32,000 nucleotides of DNA from an uncultured bacterium (GTDB taxonomy: Bacteria > Patescibacteriota > Gracilibacteria > UBA1369 > PNNO01), in assembly GCA_963704705.1 (NCBI GenBank), contig OY969931.1:330001-362000 (forward strand). The letters are read 5' to 3'. The translations under genes were made by a program, and so were the position numbers. Shown piece by piece: positions 27,098 through 32,000 of the stretch; positions within the stretch are counted from its first letter, which is position 1, and every line of letters starts with the position of its first letter. The notes under the pieces are model-generated. The model did not search any database, had not been told where the DNA came from, and worked only from the letters and a program-made list of their open reading frames with translations.

Positions 27098-27619
27098 TTA
27101 AACATCTGGAAGCACTCCAAGCGAATCATTGAATCTGTTAATGAAGTTGAAAAGACCAATAACACTTGTTATTTCTACTATTTGTTCATCTGTAAAGTTT
27201 TCTTTCATGCCGTTAAAAACTTTCTTTTCAATATTGTAAGCATGGCAGGTTGATGCCTGAGTATATTTCATGGCGATTATTTCTTTTTCGTTATCAATTT
27301 TGCAAATTTTCTCGATTTCCTCATCGGTAAGCCCAAAATTCTTTAGTTGAATTTTAGCCACACTAACGCAAAATTCACATTTATTAAGTTCGGAAATTTG
27401 ATAAGCGACTTTCCATTTCAATAGTCTTTCAACTTTGCCTTCTCCCATGGTTGCCTGGAATAAATCAAAAAATCCAAGCATGATTTCTTCACGATTTGCC
27501 ATTACTCTTAACCATTTTGGAACATTTCCTGTAGATTTTTTAATTTGTTCAAATAAATCTTTTGCTTTGCCTTTTACTTCATCATCAGTAACAAGGTGTA
27601 CTAGAGGATCATTGGTCAT
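27098..27619 (-). CDS. Carboxymuconolactone decarboxylase / AhpD-like family protein
   Basis: WKVAYQISELNKCEFCVSVAKIQLKNFGLTDEEIEKI: CxxC in AhpD-like helical context. Confidence 0.8.
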   Translation of the reverse strand: MTNDPLVHLVTDDEVKGKAKDLFEQIKKSTGNVPKWLRVMANREEIMLGFFDLFQATMGEGKVERLLKWKVAYQISELNKCEFCVSVAKIQLKNFGLTDEEIEKICKIDNEKEIIAMKYTQASTCHAYNIEKKVFNGMKENFTDEQIVEITSVIGLFNFINRFNDSLGVLPDV

Positions 27620-27935
27620 TTTTAGTTTGGTTAATAATAGAAGTTAATGCATCAGATACTTTACCGTTAAATTCATTGTACTTAAGCCCTCTTTCTTCAA
27701 GAGCGCCTGTCATTTTAGGTCCGAATTTACCTGCAATCACAATATTAACTTTTTTATCTGCAAGCATTTTGACAACGCTAAATCCTGCTCCTCCACTACC
27801 AAAGCTGAATGGATTTTTAATTGTTTCTAATAGTTCTTCAGATTCATTGAAAATAAGATAATAAGGAGATCTGCCTGCTTTTTCATCTACGGCATCAGCT
27901 TTTGTTTTTCCAGTTGAAGCAATTGCTACTTTCAT
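27609..27935 (-). CDS. Dinitrogenase iron-molybdenum cofactor (NifX/NifB-type) family protein
   Basis: MKVAIASTGKTKADAVDEKAGRSPYYLIFNE...GSGGAGFSVVKMLADKKVNIVIAGKFGPKMTGALEERGLKY. Confidence 0.85.
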   Translation of the reverse strand: MKVAIASTGKTKADAVDEKAGRSPYYLIFNESEELLETIKNPFSFGSGGAGFSVVKMLADKKVNIVIAGKFGPKMTGALEERGLKYNEFNGKVSDALTSIINQTKNDQ

Positions 27936-28444
27936 TTTTTTTTGGTTAATAATAAATGTTCGATAATTAGACCGTTAATTATTGAAAAGAGAATCATATA
28001 TATAGTTAAAATAATTACAAACGCTGATCCAAAATAATAAATCATCATTGGTAATAGGGGGATTTTAACAGCTCTGTTATAAAGAAAAATTACAATTAAA
28101 GAGTTTTTTACGCCTTTATCTTTTAAATCCGAAAGCAAGGGATACCACATATAAATTGGTCCTGATGATAATATTCCGAAGATAACAGAGAAGATATAAC
28201 CTTTTACACCAGATTCGTGACCTAACATTTTAGTTATCCTTTTTGAGTTCAGGAATAGATTTGAGATAAACATAAGTAGAAACACGATCACCAAAATCGG
28301 CAGAATTGAAACAACAAGACTGACAAAAGTATTTAAAGAATCAAAAAACAGAGGAGTATTAAAAACTGCAGATATTAAATAAGTGACTGTTACTATTATG
28401 AATAACTTAAGGCCACCGTCTGTTTTTACTAAAAGATTCTTCAT
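27932..28444 (-). CDS. Permease half-protein (ArsP/DUF318-like)
   Basis: Multi-TM, SVIFGILSSGPIYMWYPLLSDLKDKGVKNSLIVIFLYNRAVKIPLLPMMIYYFG; overlaps neighbour start/stop by 4 nt. Confidence 0.72.
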   Translation of the reverse strand: MKNLLVKTDGGLKLFIIVTVTYLISAVFNTPLFFDSLNTFVSLVVSILPILVIVFLLMFISNLFLNSKRITKMLGHESGVKGYIFSVIFGILSSGPIYMWYPLLSDLKDKGVKNSLIVIFLYNRAVKIPLLPMMIYYFGSAFVIILTIYMILFSIINGLIIEHLLLTKKK

Positions 28445-28869
28445 AAGAAAAATTGAAGAGTAATGGTTGTTAAAATCGCTATTAAAATTGCAGAAATGAA
28501 AGCAAGGATATTGCGATAAATTGTAAATTTTTTTCCAAGCATGAGAGATTCAGCAGGTAGCTGTACAACGCCCACAGTTACCCAGGTTAAAATGAATGCA
28601 GTAACCGCAACAAGGCTAATCCCCTGATTTATAAATTCTCCTCCTAAAATATAGCTATTTATTGGATTTCCTAGTGCAATACTTCCTAAAATAGCCCCAA
28701 TTATTGGATCTAAAAGGTTGTTTCCGGTAAATATTTGTTTAAAAAAGTCTTTTGGAATTGCATTAATTAAAAAAGAAATCAGAAGCAGAATTGCAATAAT
28801 TATTGGTATGCTTTTTTTTAGGGCATTGCAAGTTTGCTTTGCTGAATTTTTTATATTTATTAAATTCAT
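28441..28869 (-). CDS. Permease half-protein (ArsP/DUF318-like)
   Basis: LLDPIIGAILGSIALGNPINSYILGGEFINQGISLVAVTAFILTWVTVGVVQLPAE; multi-TM; overlaps the next gene by 4 nt. Confidence 0.72.
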   Translation of the reverse strand: MNLINIKNSAKQTCNALKKSIPIIIAILLLISFLINAIPKDFFKQIFTGNNLLDPIIGAILGSIALGNPINSYILGGEFINQGISLVAVTAFILTWVTVGVVQLPAESLMLGKKFTIYRNILAFISAILIAILTTITLQFFL

Positions 28870-29049
28870 ACATTAATAAGCTATGCTTATTATTTTGAGA
28901 GTCAATATTAAATTACTTTAATTCTGTTATAATAAACTAGTAATAGTTAAATGTTTTTTTTGCTGTGGAAATGTTAGTCCCATGTCCTGCAAATCCATGT
29001 TCTTCATCAAAAAAATTTTCTATTTCAGCCTGTAATTTTTGGTATTATA

Positions 29050-29256
29050 TTGGTTGAATATCATAATATTTGGGTTTGGGATTGGATTGTTCTTATTACA
29101 ATAACTGGATGGGGTTTGCTTATTGGAGGTATTTTACTTACCATCTTTCCAAAGTTTATGTCTTTTCCTAAGATACTTTTTGATAATTCTAAACTATGGG
29201 GAGTACTTGCTTTAGTAGTTGGAATTATATTCGGATATTTTGGATTTATAATCTAA
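29050..29256 (+). CDS. Small two-TM membrane protein (68 aa)
   Basis: MVEYHNIWVWDWIVLITITGWGLLIGGILLTIFPKFMSFPK...LALVVGIIFGYFGFII. Confidence 0.55.
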   Translation: MVEYHNIWVWDWIVLITITGWGLLIGGILLTIFPKFMSFPKILFDNSKLWGVLALVVGIIFGYFGFII

Positions 29257-30737
29257 GCCTCAACATGAACTTCAGCTGTTTTATTTAAATCTATCTTAGA
29301 AATAAACAGTGCGAGAATTGCTCCTATAAATACAATTATTGCCGAGGTAGTATAAACAGTGTCATAGCCATTGATTTGAGCCTTTAATGAAATCAATCCA
29401 ACAAACTGTTGATATTGATTTATGGTTGTTCCAAAAAAGCTGCTTAATGATGCGATATTAAGCGCATGGTTTCCAATTGATGAATTTAACAAACTTCCAA
29501 ATATTGCTATTCCGAAAGCACCTGCGATGTTACGTGCAAGCGCAAGTATTGACGAAGCAATGCCTATTTCATGATTCGGAACTACTGCTGCAATAATATT
29601 TGTTCGTTGAGCCATTCCAAATCCCATTCCAAACGCCATTATGGTCAATGGAATTATTATATCCAGTGTTGTTGAGCGGGCATCCAGTCCGGTGAATAAG
29701 TACAGACCTAAAGCCGCAACCGCTGTGGAGGCGGCAATTACATATTTCGGCTGGATCTGTCCCGTGAGTTTCCCCCCTAGTGCTGCGGCGATCATCATGG
29801 CGGCAGCCATAGGCATAAAAAGATAACCGGTTTGTGTTGCGTCCAATCCAAGAAAGGTCTGGGCAAAAATCGGCACAAGAAACAGGCTGCCCATCATTCC
29901 CATAAATATAATGAAATTGTTTATTATTGTTTGAACGAAAATTTTATTTTTAAAGAATTTCAAATCAACAATAGGTTCTTTTTGATTTTTTTCAATATGA
30001 ACAAATGTGAACAGACCGACAATAACAACAAAATAACTTATTAAACTGTTTATACCCAACCATCCCCAGTCTTGGCCTTTATCTAAAACAAGAACTAAAG
30101 CCGAAAGTGCAATACCTAAAATTATGGCACCCTTAAGGTCAAATCCCGCTATTTTTTTGTGTGATTTGGATTCTGCAATAAAAGCCATTGCCATAAAAAG
30201 TCCGATTATACCTATTGGAAGATTAATCAAGAATACAGATCGCCAACCAAAAGTATCAATTAAAGGTCCGCCTATTAAAGGCCCAAAAACAGCAGCAGCT
30301 GCAAATGATGCCGACCATATACCAAGTGCTTGTGAGCGTTCTTTATTGTCAGTGTAAGTAACCGCAAGAATTGCCATGGCAGTAGGATAATCAGCTGAAC
30401 CCGCAATCGCCTGAATAATTCTGAAAACAATCATTGAAGATAAATTCCAGGCAAAACCAGCGAGAATTGATCCGACAATAAATATCGAAAAACCCAGAAT
30501 ATATATTTTTTTTCTTCCCAAAATATCACCGAGCTTTCCCCAAACAGGTACAAAAATAGCATTTGCTAAAATATAAGCTGTTGCAATCCAGCCTGCAGAG
30601 CTGACAGAAATATGAAAATCATTTATTATATGCGGTAAACCAAGGTTTACAATAGTTTGATCAAGCCTTCCCAAAAACGTACCAATAATAACGGTAAGAA
30701 GAATTAATCCTTTTGGTATACCTTTTTTCTCAGCCAT
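29253..30737 (-). CDS. MFS drug transporter, DHA2 / EmrB-QacA type
   Basis: FLGRLDQTIVNLGLPHIINDFHISVSSAGWIATAYILANAIFVPVWGKLGDILGRK and AVTYTDNKERSQALGIWSASFAAAAVFGPLIGG; 14-TM size. Confidence 0.9.
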   Translation of the reverse strand: MAEKKGIPKGLILLTVIIGTFLGRLDQTIVNLGLPHIINDFHISVSSAGWIATAYILANAIFVPVWGKLGDILGRKKIYILGFSIFIVGSILAGFAWNLSSMIVFRIIQAIAGSADYPTAMAILAVTYTDNKERSQALGIWSASFAAAAVFGPLIGGPLIDTFGWRSVFLINLPIGIIGLFMAMAFIAESKSHKKIAGFDLKGAIILGIALSALVLVLDKGQDWGWLGINSLISYFVVIVGLFTFVHIEKNQKEPIVDLKFFKNKIFVQTIINNFIIFMGMMGSLFLVPIFAQTFLGLDATQTGYLFMPMAAAMMIAAALGGKLTGQIQPKYVIAASTAVAALGLYLFTGLDARSTTLDIIIPLTIMAFGMGFGMAQRTNIIAAVVPNHEIGIASSILALARNIAGAFGIAIFGSLLNSSIGNHALNIASLSSFFGTTINQYQQFVGLISLKAQINGYDTVYTTSAIIVFIGAILALFISKIDLNKTAEVHVEA

Positions 30738-30740
30738 ATT

Positions 30741-31385
30741 TTATTGTTTATAAATCCAGACTTTTGCTGACATGCCATCTTTAAAATGAGGATAATTATT
30801 CTGGTTATATTTGATTTTTATATCAAAATTTTTAATTTCGCGTTTGTCAGAAATACTAAAAACAACATCGTCAGAATTACTTATTTCTTTTACTTCTTCA
30901 ACAGTTCCTTCAAATTCCTCAGTACCGAATACATCAACTGTGAATTTAACTTTTTGCCCTTCATGGATATCTTTTAAACCCTTGTCTTCGGGGATGCTGG
31001 CTACAATACGCATTTCAGCAGGATCGTACATTGTTACAACAGCCTGTCCTGGATTATAGATCGCTCCAAAATCCTGTTTAACTGTTGCTATTATTCCTGG
31101 AATTTCAGCGGAAATAATGTCATAGCCAACTTTTGCGACTGATTCATGAGCCTGTACTTTTTGTCCTTCTTGTACATAAATTTCTTTAAAAACACCTTTC
31201 TCTTCAGGAGTAAGTTGAATTAATGGCACACTAACTACTGCTTTATCAGAATAAATATATTTTTGCGAATCCAGCCAATATAAAACTCCCACAACTGTAC
31301 CTATAATAATAAATAAAAGTAATATAGGAATTGCTATTTTGCGAACATTTTGCTGGCTTGATTTTGGTTTATCTTCTTGTTCCAT
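30741..31385 (-). CDS. Short HlyD/EmrA-like membrane fusion (adaptor) protein
   Basis: N-terminal TM, lipoyl-like GVFKEIYVQEGQKVQAHESVAKVGYDIISAEIPGIIATVKQDFGAIYNPGQAV, beta-barrel region; 3 nt from the MFS gene. Confidence 0.78.
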   Translation of the reverse strand: MEQEDKPKSSQQNVRKIAIPILLLFIIIGTVVGVLYWLDSQKYIYSDKAVVSVPLIQLTPEEKGVFKEIYVQEGQKVQAHESVAKVGYDIISAEIPGIIATVKQDFGAIYNPGQAVVTMYDPAEMRIVASIPEDKGLKDIHEGQKVKFTVDVFGTEEFEGTVEEVKEISNSDDVVFSISDKREIKNFDIKIKYNQNNYPHFKDGMSAKVWIYKQ

Positions 31386-31452
31386 AACAGTATCTGTAAC
31401 AGGATTTTTTTAGTAGCTAATATATAAGTTTTTTAAACATTTGTCAATAGTG

Positions 31453-31484
31453 AAAAAGCCCCTGTAATTTTACAGAGGCTTTTA
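31453..31484 (-). terminator. Terminator hairpin downstream of the HtrA-like gene
   Basis: AAAAAGCCcCTGTA-ATTT-TACAGAGGCTTTTATT inverted repeat with A/T flanks. Confidence 0.75.
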
Positions 31485-31497
31485 TTGATTTTAATTA

Positions 31498-32000
31498 TTA
31501 TTGATCCTCACTTTCAGTTTTTACCTCGGTTTTAGGCGGTTCTTCAAGTGTTACCTTTACATCTTCTTCCTTATCTTTATGCATTATTTTTAGTGTAACT
31601 GTGTCACCGACATTTTTTGATCCGACTATTTTAGCCAATGATTTGCCGTCATTAAGTTTTTCGCCGTCAACTTCAAGAATAATATCATTTTCAACAATAC
31701 CAGCTTTATCTGCCGGAGAACCGGGGATTACAGCCAGTTCTTCAGCTGTTTGGCCTCTCTGGACAAGATCACCATAATCAACTGTTAGATTATTCTTTTC
31801 TTTAATTGAATCAGTTATCGGAATATATCTGATTCCCAAGTAAGGTCTTATTATTCTGCCGTTTTTGATTACAGAATCAACAGCTTCTTTTATTGTATTT
31901 GAAGGAATTGAAAAACTGATATTTTCTCCGTTTGCAATTGCCACATTCACACCTATAACCTTGCCCTGTAAATTTAGCAAAGGTCCGCCTGAATTACCCG
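31498..32000 (-). CDS. Partial HtrA/DegP-type trypsin-like serine protease with C-terminal PDZ domain
   Basis: Frame reads GNSGGPLLNLQGKVIGVNVAI at the window edge (catalytic GNSGGP). PDZ: AVIPGSPADKAGIVENDIILEVDGEKL. The ORF track is truncated at 31980. Confidence 0.92.
   Translation of the reverse strand, partial: GNSGGPLLNLQGKVIGVNVAIANGENISFSIPSNTIKEAVDSVIKNGRIIRPYLGIRYIPITDSIKEKNNLTVDYGDLVQRGQTAEELAVIPGSPADKAGIVENDIILEVDGEKLNDGKSLAKIVGSKNVGDTVTLKIMHKDKEEDVKVTLEEPPKTEVKTESEDQ

Noticed and set aside
27098-28869. Nitrogen fixation locus
   Set aside because: Only one small NifX/NifB-type domain protein is present; no nif structural genes or radical SAM NifB.
1-32000. Alternative genetic code (UGA = Gly), as in Gracilibacteria/Absconditabacteria
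   Set aside because: UGA ends the HNH and recJ genes at expected positions and is not seen within conserved proteins.

Overview
AT-rich bacterial window with a largely conserved-gene backbone. UGA works as a stop here. The mix of small SLH (S-layer homology) proteins and a short HlyD-like adaptor suggests a candidate phyla radiation or Peregrinibacteria-like lineage, but this is inference only. Left to right: a partial membrane/coiled-coil protein; rplL and rplJ with a clear L10-leader attenuator; an HNH protein; miaA; recJ; an NrnA-type DHH phosphoesterase; a YebC family gene; an SLH protein; lgt; a DsbA-like thioredoxin; hisS; an LPG-synthase-like membrane protein; tsaD; a CCA-adding/polyA polymerase-type gene; a bactofilin-like membrane protein; a RlmD/TrmA-type methyltransferase; rlmH; two SLH proteins; a CapA-like protein; and a beta-CASP exonuclease. 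tRNA-Gly(TCC) follows. After it comes an accessory segment (24.57-27.10 kb) in which copies of the tRNA 3' end recur with increasing decay, together with a second repeat family. The window ends with a compact operon (split permease, NifX-like, AhpD-like), an MFS/HlyD-like efflux pair and a partial HtrA-type protease. The best candidate for something undescribed is the cassette-like accretion downstream of tRNA-Gly. I saw no CRISPR array, integrase, transposase or recognisable defence system.
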